Positions 35,281 to 48,705 of a stretch of DNA of 64,000 bases are shown piece by piece (position 1 is the stretch's first letter; every line of letters begins with the position of its first letter). Source of the DNA: Octopus sinensis (taxonomy: Eukaryota); assembly GCF_006345805.1 (NCBI RefSeq), contig NC_043002.1, forward strand, positions 18,724,001-18,788,000. The letters are read 5' to 3'. The notes below the pieces were generated by a model, which was not told the DNA's origin, ran no database searches, and saw nothing but the letters and a program-made list of their open reading frames with translations. A program made the translations under genes and the position numbers.

Positions 35281-38200
35281 TCATCATCATCATCATCATC
35301 ATCATTTAGCGTCCGTTCTCCATGCTAGCATGGGTTGGACGGTTCAACTGGGGTCTGTGAAGCTGGAAGGCTTCATCAGGCCCAGTCAGATCTGGCAGTG
35401 TTTCTACGGCTGGATGCCCTTCCTAACGCCAATCACTCCGTGAGTGTAGTGGGTGCTTTTTACGTGCCACCCGCACAGGTGCCAGACAGAGCTGGCAAAC
35501 GGCCACGAACGGATGGTGCTTTTACGTGCCACCGGCACGGGGCCAGGCGAGGCTGGCAACGGACACAAACGGATGGTGCTTTTACGTTCCACCAACACGG
35601 GGGCCAGACAGAGCTGGCAAACGGCCACGAAACGGATGGTGCTTTTACGTGTCACCGGCACGGGGGCCAGGCGAGGCTGGCAACGGACACGAACGGATGG
35701 TGCTTTTACGTGCCACCACACGGGGGCCAGTCAGAGCTGGCAAACGGCCACGAAACAGATGTGCTTTTACGTGTCACCGGCACGGGGGCCAGGCGAGGCT
35801 GGCAACGGACACGAACGGATGGTGCTTTTACATACCACCGACACGGGGGCCAGACAGGGCTGGCAAACGGCCACGAACGATGGTGCTTTTACGTGTCACC
35901 GGCACGGGGGCCAGACAGAGCTGGCAAACAGCCACGAACGGATGGTGTTTTTACGTGTCACCGGCACGGGGGCCAGGCCAGGCTGGCAACGAACACGAAC
36001 GGATGGTGCTTTTACGTGCCACCGACACGGGGGCCAGACAGGGCTGGCAAACGGCCACGAGCGGATGGTGCTTTTACGTGCCACCGGCACGGGGCCAGGC
36101 GAGGCTGGCAACGGACACGAACGGATGGTGCTTTTACGTGCCACCAACACGGGGGCCAGACAGAGCTGGCAAACGGCCACGAAACGGATGGTGCTTTTAC
36201 GTGTCACCGGCACGGGGGCCAGGCGAGGCTGGCAACGGACACGAACGGATGGTGCTTTTACGTGCCACCAACACGGGGGCCAGTCAGAGCTGGCAAACGG
36301 CCACGAAACAGATGGTGCTTTTACGTGTCACCGGCACGGGAGCCAGGCGAGGCTGGCAACGGACACGAACGGATGGTGCTTTTACATACCACCGACACGG
36401 GGGCCAGACAGGGCTGGCAAACGGCCACGAACGGATGGTGCTTTTACGTGTCACCGGCACGGGGGCTAGACAGAGCTGGCAAACGGCCACGAACGGATGG
36501 TGTTTTTACGTGTCACCGGCACGGGGGCCAGGCCAGGCTGGCAACGAACACGAACGGATGGTGCTTTTACGTGCCACCGACACGGGGGCCAGACAGGGCT
36601 GGCAAACGGCCACGAACGGATGGTGCTTTTACGTGTCACCTGCACGGGGGCCCTGATGTTGATCGATCTCAATTTGGTTCTGCTTTCTGATATTTGGTTT
36701 GATTTTGATTTTGACTGTTCTCACTGGTCTTGTCGGGTTTTCTCACGCACAGCATACTTCCAAAGGTCTCGGTCACTGGTCATTTCCTTGGTGAGACCTA
36801 AAGTTCGAAGGTCGTGCTTCACCACCTCGACCCAGATTTTCCTGGGTCTACCTCTTCCACAGGTCCCTTCAACTGCCAAGATGTGGCACTTTCGCACACA
36901 ACTATCTTCAGCCATTCTCATCACATGACCATACCAGCGCAAACGTCTCTCTTGCACACAACAACTGATGCTTCTTAGGTTCAACTTTTCTCTCAAGGTA
37001 CTTACACTCTGTCGATTATGAACACTGACATTACACATCCATCGGAGCATACTAGCTTCATTTCTTGCGAGCTTACGCAAATCCTCAGCAGTCACAGCCC
37101 AAGTTTCACTACCATGTAGCATGGCTGTACGTACACATGCATCATACAGTCTGCCTTTTACTTTGAGCGAGAGGCCTTTTGTCACCAGCAGGGGTAAGAG
37201 CTCTCTAAACTTTGCCCAGGCTATTCTTACTCTAGCAGTTATACTTTCAGCACACCCGCCCCCGCTACTGACTTGGTCACCTAGGTAACGGAAACTATCA
37301 ACTACTTCTAGTTTTTCTCCCTGGAAAGTGACAGAAGTTGGTCTCAGAGCATTTTCAGTGTTTATTGTTCCTGAACATCTGCCACATACAAAAACCATCT
37401 TCCTAGTTAGCCTTCCTTTGACGTTGCTGCACCTCTTATGTGTCCATAGCTTACACTTGGTGCATCTTATAGAGTTTCTACCTACCCCTTTTCTACAGAT
37501 CGAGCAGGGCCATCTACCTGAAGGCGTTTGCGATTGGTCTACCTTCCTACTTATTAGGACTTTGGTTTTGGCTAGGTTGATTCTAAGGCCCTTCGATTCT
37601 AAACCTTGCTTCCATACCTGAAACTTCTCCTCTAGTTCTGATAGAGACTCAGCAATTAGAACAAGGTCATCAGCATAGAGGAGCTCCCAGGGGCATCCTG
37701 TCTTGAATTCCTCCGTTATTGCCTGGAGGACTATGATAAATAGGAGGGGACTGAGGACTGAACCTTGGTGGACCCCAACCTCTACCCTGAATTCTTCACT
37801 GTACTCGATGCCAACCCTCACCTTACTAGCAGCGTCTCTGTACATGGCTTGTACAGCTTTCACTAACCATTCATCTATCCTTAGTTTCCTCATTGACCAC
37901 CAGATGAGGGATCAACAAAAGCCAGGTATAGGGGCTTGTCTTTGGCTAGGTATTTCTCCTGCAGCTGTCTTACCATGAAAATAGCATCAGTAGTACTTTT
38001 CCCTGGCACGAACCCAAACTGCATCTCATCTAAACTAACTCTCTCTCTAATTAGTTGGGCTATAACCCTCTCCGTAACCTTCATTACCTGATCCAGCAGC
38101 TTGATACCCCTGTAGTTATTTGTATCTAGGGCGTCACCTTTACCTTTGTAGCAGCTGACTATTATGCTGCTACACCAGTCATTGGGAATGACTCCTTCGT

Positions 38201-40126
38201 GTATCACCTGGTTAACTATACGGGTGACTAGGCTATAGCCGACACTACCAGATATTTTGAGCATCTCTGCAGTAATTCCTGATGGGCCTGGGGCTTTCCC
38301 TGTTTTCATGCTTGTAATTGCCTTAACTACTAAGGAACTGTCAACTCGGATTGCTGGTCCCTCTGTTGGGTCAACATTCGGCAGACTCTCTTTATCCCAT
38401 TCATTTTCCTCATTCAGCAACCTTTCATAGTGGCTTCTCCAAACCTCTCTCTTTGCACCCTCATTTAGCGCAAGTGAGCCGTCATCCGTGCGAACACATT
38501 TTTCTCCTACCACGTCACGATTCTCCCTCACACACTGTCTTGCTATACGAAATACCTCAAGTCTTTCATCCTCACGGCACAGGACATTGGCAAATTTTTT
38601 CCTATCTGCTTCCCCTCTGGCTAAATATACCTGCCCCCTAGCTTCCCTTCTTGCAGTCTGATACACTTCCCTGCTACCACCGTTTTTCCAGTCCTTCCAA
38701 GCCTGTTTCTTTTGTCTAATAGCCCTGTCAACAGTATTGTTCCACCACCACGTTATTTTGGGTCTTATGGGGACTTTGCACCAGCCACAGATCTGGTCAG
38801 TGGCTTTCAGCAGGTTGTCCCTTAGAAGCGCCCAGTTATCTTCTACCCCATGTGTAGCTATGCCCCCTTCTATTTCGTCGAAGGCTTCAAGTAACATGTC
38901 TCTAAATCTCTGTCCATTAGCAGGGTCTTTAAGCTTCCAGACCCTTCTTCTCCATGTTGGTCGTCTTCTAGTCGTCCTCTTAGTCCTGATCCTAAAGTCA
39001 CTGACTACCATTCTATGTTGTGGGGTACATTCTTCGCCTGGGAAGGTTTTGGCATTTATAAGCAGCCATCTTTCCCTTTTTCTGGCAAGGATGTAGTCGA
39101 TTTGGCTAGTATGCTGGCCCGAACGGTAGGTGACCAAGTGGCTTGTTGGTTTCCTGAAGTTAGTGTTGCAAACCATAAGACTATTCGTATCACAGAACTC
39201 CAGCAGCCTGGTTCCCTCCTCATTGCGAGAACCATAACCATAGCCTCCATGAACGCCATAGAAGCCCTCAGCATATCGTCCAACATGCCCATTGAAGTCA
39301 CCAGCCACAAAGAGAAGGTCCCTGTTGTTCGTCAATGAGGTGGTCTGCAGTAGGGTGTCATAGAAACGGTCTTTCTGTCCATCGGGTAACCCTGGCTGAG
39401 GGGCATAGGCCGATATAATAGTTGCTAAACTATGATGGAGCACTAATCTAATCTTCAATATTCTGTCACATACTCTGACTACCTCGATAACCTTATCTAC
39501 CCATTTTTCGGCAATAAGCATACCCACTCCCCCGACTCCTTCAGTATTCCCGGCCCAGAAAATTTTATACCTCTGTCCTTTACCCGTGAGGAACCTAGCA
39601 GAACCTCCTCTCCACCTCACCTCTTGAATACAGCATATATCTACACACCTCCGTTCAAGCAATTCGACGATCTCACCAGATCTGCCTTTCAGTGTGCCAA
39701 CGTTGAGGGTGCCAACCCTGAGGAAGTGGGAGGCAATGGACCTAGTAACATCATGAATCTGAAAAGAAAACTCGCGTTTGGCAGTATTCATAGACAAACA
39801 ATAAAGCTCAAGTTCAAACCGCGTACGTTACACCAAGCATATCTTGCAATGAATGACCACTACCTTTATGGAAAGAGGAACAGATGGGCATAGGAGACAA
39901 CAGGGATGCGAAGTGTACATGGGGGGGGGAGAACAAGGATGAGAAAATTTTGGACTTCCTGTAGCGGTGGGGGCAGCGTAAGACTGAAGAGAAAGTGGGA
40001 GACAACAAGGATGAGAAATTTCTCAAGCCTTCCTGTATCGGTTGAGGGGGTGGGAGAGAGGGCGCCCCGCGAAGAGTTTTATCCAGCTGTGCGAGCGTTC
40101 CTCCTAGAGGAGAAAGCTTATATGAA
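35281..40126 (-). mobile_element. Near full-length RTE-clade LINE (AP endonuclease + RT)
   Basis: ORF 37890..39797 has APE motifs (VGTLNVGTL, CIQEVRW, GDFNGHVG, SQIDY); ORF 36721..37893 has RT motifs (GVHQGSVLSP, YADD); one deletion/frameshift at ~37905; 3' UTR with VNTR and (ATG)n tail at 35281-35305. 5' boundary approximate. Confidence 0.92.
35453..36650. repeat. ~61-bp VNTR (about 19.5 units) in the RTE 3' UTR with a 9-unit higher-order repeat
   Basis: gtgcttttacgtg... recurs about every 61 bp; two alternating unit types; units 2-10 match units 11-19 (offset ~552 bp). Confidence 0.9.
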
Positions 40127-40539
40127 ATAATAAGGGCCTGTAAGATTAATAAATATGTATTCCATTTTTAACGAGATGAGGGGCTGATCGATAGACAATA
40201 ATAACTAATAAATTATACATGATATGTAATGCGAGGCGAAGCTGAAAATAATAATAGTAAACAAAGCACAACTATGGTCATCGAATGAAATATATGAATG
40301 GTGAGAAGAATACGGGTTGAATTTGAGCTAAATTTCTTATCTTGAAATCATTTCGTTTTCGAAGTGAAACTGGCAGAAGATATTGTTTCAGTCATTATCT
40401 GAAGGGTTACTCAATACTTTTGTAGAGCCAAATTTATTATTCTTAAACAAGAATGTTGTTGACAGTGCCGAAACTTCGAAGTCACTAAACAACATTCTTG
40501 TTTAAGAATTACACACACACACACACATATATATATATA

Positions 40540-40924
40540 CTAGCAGTATCGCCCGGCGTTGCTCGGGTTGTAAGGGAAATAACTATATAAGCATTTTTAG
40601 AGAGTTATAGCAAAAAAATAGCAAAAAAATGCATTAAAAATTGAAAAAAAATTAAGGTAAATTTTTTTTTTAAATCGTTGACACATCGTAGATATTTTTA
40701 GAGAGTTACTTGCCTTATATAAAAGCGAAAAAAATGCATTAAAATGGAAAAATATGATGGTAAATTTTTTTTAAATCGTAGACGCGCGCTAATACCCAGA
40801 AGGGCTCGATATGAATCACGACTATAAGATACCCGCTTTTGGTTAAACTGCACCGCAAAATGTGGGAGTAGTTACGAATCTAAATCGAAGGGGACAGACA
40901 CACAACTTCACTCTTATATAAAGA
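40540..40924 (-). mobile_element. Non-autonomous Helitron
   Basis: Reverse-strand copy of the same family with TC start, hairpin + CTAG end and A^T target. Confidence 0.8.
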
Positions 40925-42011
40925 TGCTTTTTTTTTTCAGTGATAGAGTTAGATTTATGAAGGTCTTCAGTAGAAAATCCTTCGAATTCTGACTCGCTGC
41001 TTGATATAATGAAATTCGTATCCATTTTTTGTCAGAATTACAAATTTTGAAAATACAATAGGAACAAATTTCGGAAAAAAATCTCCCATAATTAACGGAA
41101 TGAAAATTACACTTCGATTTTTGTACAAAACTGTATTTGAAGTGTTTACGAAGTATAATACGTGTTTTCACGAATGTACTAAAGAGATTTACTCTGATAT
41201 TCTCATTTAAATATGAATAGGTAAATTCGGACGGTTTGGTAACGAAAGGGTTTATATAAGTGTCGTCTGTTTATACATAAACACTGTTTCATACTTTCAG
41301 TTTAGTCTTGCTCAATCAGTCTGTCGCTAATTTACTCTCTTCCAAGAACATTTTCACTCACTGTTATCTGTTAGCTTCCCATACATTTTACTCATGTATC
41401 TATCAGCGTGATAGACAGAAACAAATATTACATTTACTTTCATTTTATTCGTCGCACACTGTGTGTGTGCGTTTGCGTGTGGTGTAAACCAGACTAAGAA
41501 AAGCATTTGACACACACACCAGAATGTGAGTTTTCTGTAAATTTTGCTTAATTGGAGTTTAAATTTTAAAAACTGGACCTGGCATGACGCGATGCGTTGT
41601 ACTCTTAAAAATGCTAGGTAAATTGTAATTGAAGAAATCCTATATTGTAGATTTGTATAACTCCCAAAGGGAGGCAGATAAAATCTGCCTTTTATAATAA
41701 GAGATATATATAGCAGCAGAGGTAACAGAGTGACTCAAGGTCCGAGAGTTTCGTGTGCTGGCACTTATCAATGTAGTTGCAAGTTGAAGGTCTGTGTGTT
41801 TATATAGCTGTTGATAAATAAATAGATAAATATATTTCCATATGAAATGTTCCAGAACGAATTATGATAATGTCGTATGGATAATTCAGAAAATTCAAAA
41901 GTTTGCCCATTATGTCGTTCAATAAGCAAATACATAGATGAATAAGAAAGAAACAAAGAAAAACAAAAATATCATGCGGGACATCTCACACATTCTTTTC
42001 TTTTATTTTTA

Positions 42012-42375
42012 TCTTTTACCTGTTTCAGTCATTAGATTGCAGCCATGCTGGGGCAGTACCTTGAATTTATTTAGTTCAATGAATCCACACCAGTACTTAT
42101 TTTTTAAAGCCCGGTATTCTATCGGGTCTTTTGCCGAACCGCTAGATTACAGGGACGTAAACACACCAGCACCGGTTAAGTGGTGAGGGAAGACAAACAC
42201 ACACACACACACATATATATATGACAGGTTTCTTTCAGTTTCCGTCTACCAAATACTCTCACAAGGCTTTGGTCCTCCCGAGGCTATAATAGAAGACTCT
42301 TGCCCAAGGTACCACTGTGTGGGACTGAACCCAGAACCATGAGGTTGGGAAGCAAGCGTCTTACCACACAGCCAC

Positions 42376-42376
<1 letters not shown>
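42012..42376 (-). mobile_element. SINE-A copy
   Basis: Reverse-strand match. Confidence 0.8.
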
Positions 42377-42407
<31 letters not shown>

Positions 42408-42566
42408 TGTATGTATGTATGTATGTATGTATGTATGTATGTATGTATGTATATCCCTTCCTTCCTGAGCGTCCAATAATACTATATTTGTTCCGTAATA
42501 TATATATTACGGGGATGTACTTGCATAGCAAGTGACCTAATCTGAGATCATGTGCTGAAACAAAAA

Positions 42567-42825
42567 CAATTGCAGCGTGGAAGGTGTTTATAAGCCATTT
42601 AAAAACGCACAAAATCCGATGGATTCAATTCAACATTTAAATTTAATTTGCAAAAATATTTTCGTCGCTTTGAGACCGCAACCTGATCAGGACTTTTGTC
42701 AGCGATCAGGTCGCGGTCTCAAAGCGACGGAAATATGTTTGCAAATTAAATTTAAATGTTGAATTGAATCTATCGGATTTTGTGCGTTTTTAAATGGCTT
42801 ATAAACACCTTCCACGCTGCAATTG
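42567..42825. repeat. Long palindrome, 122-bp arms, 15-nt loop
   Basis: Arms 42567-42688 and 42704-42825, about 4 mismatches. Confidence 0.92.
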
Positions 42826-42984
42826 AATATATGTATGCAAAATTTAGGTTAGTTGAAATATGTTTGTGACATATTTCAACTGCTAAAGGCGAATACACTG
42901 CAGTCACCGTGGAGAAAATAACTTTCTTATGGTAAAAAGGTGTGAAAATAAGAGAAATATTTTCTTTACTTTAACTAACCTAAT

Positions 42985-43320
42985 TTTGTTTATATCTAAA
43001 CACTGTTTGGCGCTAACATTTCATTATGTATATATGTAGATAGGTAGGTAGGTAGGTAAGTATGAACTCCCTACTACAGACGTATAAAGAAACTTGAAAG
43101 TTCTTTTGTTTATATCTAAACACTGTTTGGCGCTAACATTAGATAGGTAGGTAGGTAAGCATGAACTCCCTACTACAGACGTATGAAGAAACTTGAAAGC
43201 TTTTTTTGTTTATATCTAAACACTGTTTGGCGCTAACATTTCGTTATGTATATATGTAGGTAGGCAGGAAGTAGGTAAGCATGAACACCTTACTACAGAT
43301 GTATAAAGAAATTTGAAACC
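42985..43320. repeat. ~100-120-bp tandem repeat x3
   Basis: ttttgtttatatctaaacactgtttggcgctaacatt...taggtaag(t/c)atgaac recurs at 42985, ~43104 and ~43204. Confidence 0.85.
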
Positions 43321-43560
43321 TTTCACATGTGCTGTCTGCACAATATCTGCTACATAAAATGACAACAATGTGATATCTCCAGTACCCAAAGCATGCTAGT
43401 AAGAATTCATTGCAGACGGGTAGGACATGCTGTTGGAATGAAAGATGACCGCATTCCCAAAATTCTTTTGTATGACAAACGGGTGGAAGGATACCACGGT
43501 AAAGGAGGACCTATCTTGAAGTATAAGGATAAGTTGAAGCAATCAACTGTGGTGAAGATA
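43300..43560 (+). mobile_element. Degenerate RTE/BovB-like RT C-terminal fragment
   Basis: RRVGHAVGMKDDRIPKILLY...GGPILKYKDKLK resembles the RTE GH..RM.D.R.PK.LLYG motif. Confidence 0.6.
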
Positions 43561-43682
43561 TTACATTTCAGATCATAATACAGAGAAGTTCAAAGGTGGA
43601 CTTACGACTCCTTTCTTCCCCCCCCCTTTAATTTTCTGTCGACTTTATTTTGTGTAAATCGGATCTATTAATATACCTATAC

Positions 43683-44367
43683 TTAATGTCTTGGCATCAC
43701 TCAGCAAGACCTTTGTTAGCCGCTCTCCAGCCATCTATTTAAAGCTGTATACAGCTATGGTACGACCACACTTGGAATTCGCATCATCAGTTTGGAACCC
43801 CTATCTTGCTCAGAACATTGACCTCCTGGAATCTGTTCAGAGACGTGCAACCAAATGCATACCCTCCATCAGACACCTACCATACTCTGAGCGCCTTGTT
43901 TCCCTGGGCATGGATTCACTGAAGCTCCGGCGTCTGGCGATGGACTTGGTAAACACCCACAAAGTTATCAACCACCTCACCAACAACAACACTGAACACC
44001 TTTTTGATCTCCATGTGTCCAACACACGTGGACATGCCTACAAAGTCAGAAAACAGCATAGCTCCCATGACTTTCGGAAACATTTTTTCACGCTCAGAGT
44101 TGCTGAAGCATGGAACAAACTGCCTGCGTCAGTTGTTGACTGCCATGACACTGCATCCTTTAAGGCCCTCATGCTTTCCGAAATCCGCCGAAACTACACC
44201 TGATTGTCCCCCTTCCATACTCATACACATATGTGTATGTCATGACTCATGCACTGTTCTTTTCCTGACGCTTGTACATTACCCTATGTACTATACATAC
44301 ACTTTAGATGAGTTGTAGTGCACCTGAGCACTGTACACAATGTTTTATTATTATTATTATTATTATT
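43683..44367 (+). mobile_element. CR1 LINE 3' fragment
   Basis: ORF 43691..44203 LYTAMVRPHLEFASSVWNPY...LESVQRRATK...TRGHAYK...FFTLRVAEAWNKLP is a CR1 RT C-terminus; (ATT)n tail. Confidence 0.9.
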
Positions 44368-44775
44368 TAAAGCCAGTCGGTTGGATCGTCCCTCTAACTT
44401 GAAAATTCAGCTTTGTGAAATATCAATTGAATCTTGAGATAAAGAAGTTTTCCCCTTCTCGGTTGAAGTTGCTTTGTATTAGTCAAACCTATGCTATGGT
44501 AGCGAACATTTACCGAGAATATTGTGTTGTAGGACTGATTATAAAACCCATGTGGCTGGAAAGCGAACTTTTGAACCGTACAATCATGCTTGCCTCCATT
44601 ACAACCCAAACTTTATTTTTGTACATAAGACAAATTCGATCCGTCATAGGTTTCTGCTTGGAGCTTAGTGGAATAATACAGGTAAGGCAAATTTAATCTA
44701 TAGCGCATTAATATGCTAACTTTTTAATGCTAACTTTATAAGTAAGCAGTAGCCTTGGAGATATGGCTGTTTGGT

Positions 44776-45165
44776 CGTGGAGGCGCAATGGCCCAGTGGT
44801 TAGGGCAGCGGACTCGCGGTCATAGGATCGCGGTTTCGATTCCCAGACCGGGCGTTGTGAGTGTTTATTGAGCCAAAACACCTAAAGCTCCACGAGGCTC
44901 TGGCAGGGGATGGTGGTGATCCCTGCTGTACTCTTTCACCACAACTTTCTCTCACTCTTACTTCCTGTTTCTGTTGTACCTGTATTTCAAAGGGCCGGCC
45001 TTGTCACTCTCTGTGTCACGCTGAATATCCCCGAGAACTACGTTAAGGGTACACGTGTCTGTGGAGTGCTCAGCCACTTACGCGTTAATTTCACGAGCAG
45101 GCTGTTCCGTTGATTCGGATCAACCGGAACCCTCGTCGTCGTAACCGACGGAGTGCTTCTATTCC
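44776..45165 (+). mobile_element. SINE-B copy
   Basis: tRNA-like head; 13-bp TSD atggctgtttggt (44763-44775 / 45166-45178). A related variant lies at ~62782-63002. Confidence 0.88.
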
Positions 45166-46360
45166 ATGGCTGTTTGGTTAGGAAGTTCCTTTGGCAACAA
45201 TACAGTTTCCATTTTTTGTGAGTTACCTTTTGGCATGCGTCTTCTTGTCGGTTTAACTAATGCCTTTTGAGTAAATTTATGAGAAAGGAACAATACGGAA
45301 GCCTGTCGTGTGTGTGCGAACGAAATGCAATTGGAGTATCTATGGTATCAGAATATGAGTAACGAGGGACTTATATATGATGTTTATTTATACGGTCGTT
45401 TACAAAGATTAGAATTGAATCAATAGTACCGATTGAAGTATACGCTCAACAGTGTGTGTAAACATAAATGTGAAATGATTATTTCATTTGGAATTTGATG
45501 CTATCGAAATTACTGCTGTATTGGACCTATTTCGATGGCAGTTACCGCTATATACAGCCACCTTCTTTGTCACGAAACCTGTTTGTCCAGGTTGATGGAT
45601 CTCAGCTCGTTTTCACATTACTCTCTGTATCAACTGTCTACTGAAGCTGGAAACAGAAAACCGTGTTCAGCTCAATCTGTCGTGATCTCTATCTCATGTG
45701 CTGCTTTCAAATAAATAGGGTTGGAAGTTGATCGCAGAAAGAAATTACTGCTTTATCTAGCAAATATAAATCTTTAACAATATAAACGTCTGATCCTAAA
45801 GGGAGGCCACTCTCGGTTCTTAATTGTTTAATTACTCACATATCTCACAACACACAGTTGTAGATGGTGACTTTTACATTTGTCTGACACCTTCAGCACA
45901 TATACTTTGAGTAGTATATGAGTGCTGATCTGGAATTTTTACCGTGTTCAGTGCTGAGGAGAGAAAGAGAGAGAAGGTGTGTGTGTGTGCGTGCGTTAAG
46001 TTGCTCTCTATTTTCAGACGTAAAATGTAAAACCGAAAGGGAAACGGTGAAATTTACTGGACTTGTGTCAATACACGGATACTTACCGTATTTGCTTGCA
46101 TATAAGACGTGCCCCTACTTTACAAGGATATTTTGTGAAAAAATTTAATAGCTTTCATTTTATCAAAAATACGTTTACTTAACAAATTTCAGATGAGAAA
46201 GGGTGGAACAGTCCCCATAATTCTTTTTCAATGTAATTGTAATTTATATCGTGGATCTTTACCCTTTAAACGGCAGATCGAGAAATTAACGGGAAAAGAT
46301 CTTATATCATCAAAACATATGAAAATAAAGTTACAGTTGGTAATATGGTGTGCTTCTAGG

Positions 46361-46576
46361 GCGGCGAGCTGGCAAAATCGTTAGCACGCCGGGCGAAATG
46401 CTTAGCAGTATTTCGTCTGCCGTTACGTTCTGAGTTCAAATTCCGCCGATGTCGACTTAGCCTTTCATCCTTTCGAGGTCGATTAAATAAGTACCAGTTA
46501 CGCACTGAGGTCGATGTAATTGACTTAATTCCTTCGTCTGTCCTTGTTTAGCCCCTTGTGAGCAATAAAGAAATAA
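46361..46576 (+). mobile_element. SINE-C copy
   Basis: Full-length match. Confidence 0.85.
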
Positions 46577-48310
46577 ATATGGTATTCTTCTATCAGAATT
46601 CCCGTATATTTTATATAAAAATGTCACGCTAGTATAGTTCATCATGCTAAGGGGTGAACGATCCGGATAAAGTTAAAGGGACCTAACCATCACGCATTGA
46701 ACGAAAATAGATAGTTAAAAGTAAAAAGGCACAATGTGGGCAGCTAAAGGGTAAGAGCAATCATGCTTCCGCTACAAATGTTTCCTGTAAAAATGGCTAA
46801 TTGAAACGAAAGCAACATTGCTACGGAAGTAAATAAAAAAAATGTCACCATACTAAATTTAATACTTAAATAATCTTTTCATCTGTACTGGATGTACGTA
46901 CTAAATATCTTCAGAGATATATAAAATTCATTTTTATTAAATGTAAGAAGTGAAAATATTATTAAACGTGTTTTACATTATATTAAATATATATATCACA
47001 TATATACAAAACGATATATTGACTATATGGTCACAGATAGATTAGCTTCGTGTTTTTTGTTTTTCATTTATTCGTTTGTTTTCTTCTATATGTAGACTAA
47101 AACAAAAATTTCAAGTAGTTCTTGTAGTAGCGTATTTCGTTGTTTACATTTCAATTTTTCTTTTTACTATTATTTCGCTTCAGTTTTGTTTCGTCAGGTT
47201 TGTAAAGAGAATAACAACCCAGGGCTGGTAAGTTAATAGTTTATCTTATAATCTCCTTTACATGTAATAATGATGTATTTACGTTGCTCTGGATGTTTCA
47301 TTCTGTTTAAAATTAAAACAAAAACAAAGATGATCAAAGAGTTAAGGCAATAGTTAGCTTTCGTAGGTTAGTAGAGAAATGACGAGAAATACAAAAATCA
47401 ACTAACTTTTCCTAAATACTAAAATCGATCGATAATCTTTAAAATTTTCTTTTATATTGGGTTTAATGGAAATAATAAAAAAAAAAGAAGCAAAACAAAA
47501 AGCACTTAATTGTTTGCTCGAAAAGAATAATCTGTGGAGTGTTAACAACTAACAGGTGAATTGAATGAATATATGGGACATGAATTACACTTTCGATAAG
47601 TTTTGTAATATTTCTAATTAGTGTCTTTTGAATTGAGTAAATAGACAGCATTTATTTAACTGCAAATTGTATTTATAAACAACTTTTTTCTAGATAACAG
47701 GCCTTTTTATTAATTAAAGCCTGATTAAAAAGAAATTTCTACATTTCTCGTCCGACTCTAGTTTTGAAAAATTATTTAACCACTATTACTAGGTAAAAAT
47801 AAAATTTTTTAATTTTGCCACGAGGTCAGCAATTTTGGGGGAAGGGGATGAGTCGATTACATCGACCCCAGTGTTCTTCAAGCTTTGCCTTCTCCATAAA
47901 GTAAATGGTTAATATCATTTGCGCAAGCTACTTACCACACAGCCACTCCTACGCCTCAAACGGGCCGATAGAATAAAATTCTTCAATGCGGTGCCCCAGC
48001 ATGGCTACAGTCTAATGACTGAAACAAGTAAATAATAGCTATCAATGATAAAATTATCGCTCGTAGCTTTTGCAAACTGAAATATATGAGGAACTTTCGT
48101 TTGGGATTCGAGGAGACTAAAATTAAACGGTGGTCGGCAATAGGAGGCTTCTAAATGCATAGCACAGGTGTATGATGCTGTAGCCTCTATAAATAAAGTC
48201 CGGTGAAAAATAAAGGACAGAGATATTTTTTATTTTACTTGTTTCAGTCATTAGACTGTAGCCATGCTGGGGCACCGCATTGAAGAATTTTATTCTATCG
48301 GCCCGTTTGA

Positions 48311-48705
48311 GGCGTAGGAGTGGCTGTGTGGTAAGTAGCTTGTTTACCAACCACATGGTTCTGGGTTCAGTCCCACTGCGTGGCACCTTGGGCAAGTGTC
48401 TTCTACTATAGCCTTGGGCCGACCAAAGCCTTGTGAGTGGATTTGGTAGACGGAAACTGAAAGAAGCCTGTTGTATATATGTATATATATATGTGTGTGT
48501 CTGTGTTTGTCCCCCAAGCATTGCTTGACAACCGATGCTGGTGTGTTTACGTCCCCGTCACTTAGCAGTTCGGCAAAAGAGACCGATAGAATAAGTACTG
48601 GGCTTACAAAGAATAAGTCCCGGAGTCGATTTGCTCGACTAAAGGCGGTGCTCCAGCATGGCTGCAGTCAAATGACTGAAACAAGTAAAAGAGTAAGAGT
48701 AAAGA
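48311..48705 (+). mobile_element. SINE-A copy
   Basis: Full-length match; further partial copies at ~1274-1430, 3840-3950, 14795-14980, 25680-25790, 34180-34260 and 54200-54450. Confidence 0.85.

Noticed and set aside
35453-36650. CRISPR-like appearance of the 61-bp array
   Set aside because: No unique spacers, no cas genes, eukaryotic context, and it lies in a LINE 3' UTR.
35335-36690. 338-451 aa repetitive ORFs in three plus-strand frames
   Set aside because: They arise from the GC-rich 61-bp VNTR read antisense to the RTE; all frames being open reflects low stop content.
41715-41770. Hammerhead-like TTGATAA...GAAAC on the minus strand
   Set aside because: Stems and cleavage triplet do not form convincingly.
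44415-44696. 93-aa ORF ending near a cag|gtaagg donor
   Set aside because: No recognisable motif, TTG start and no partner exon.
46740-46795. GNICSGSMI on the minus strand, resembling the CGGSLI of S1 peptidases
   Set aside because: Stop after a few codons and no TAAHC; likely chance.
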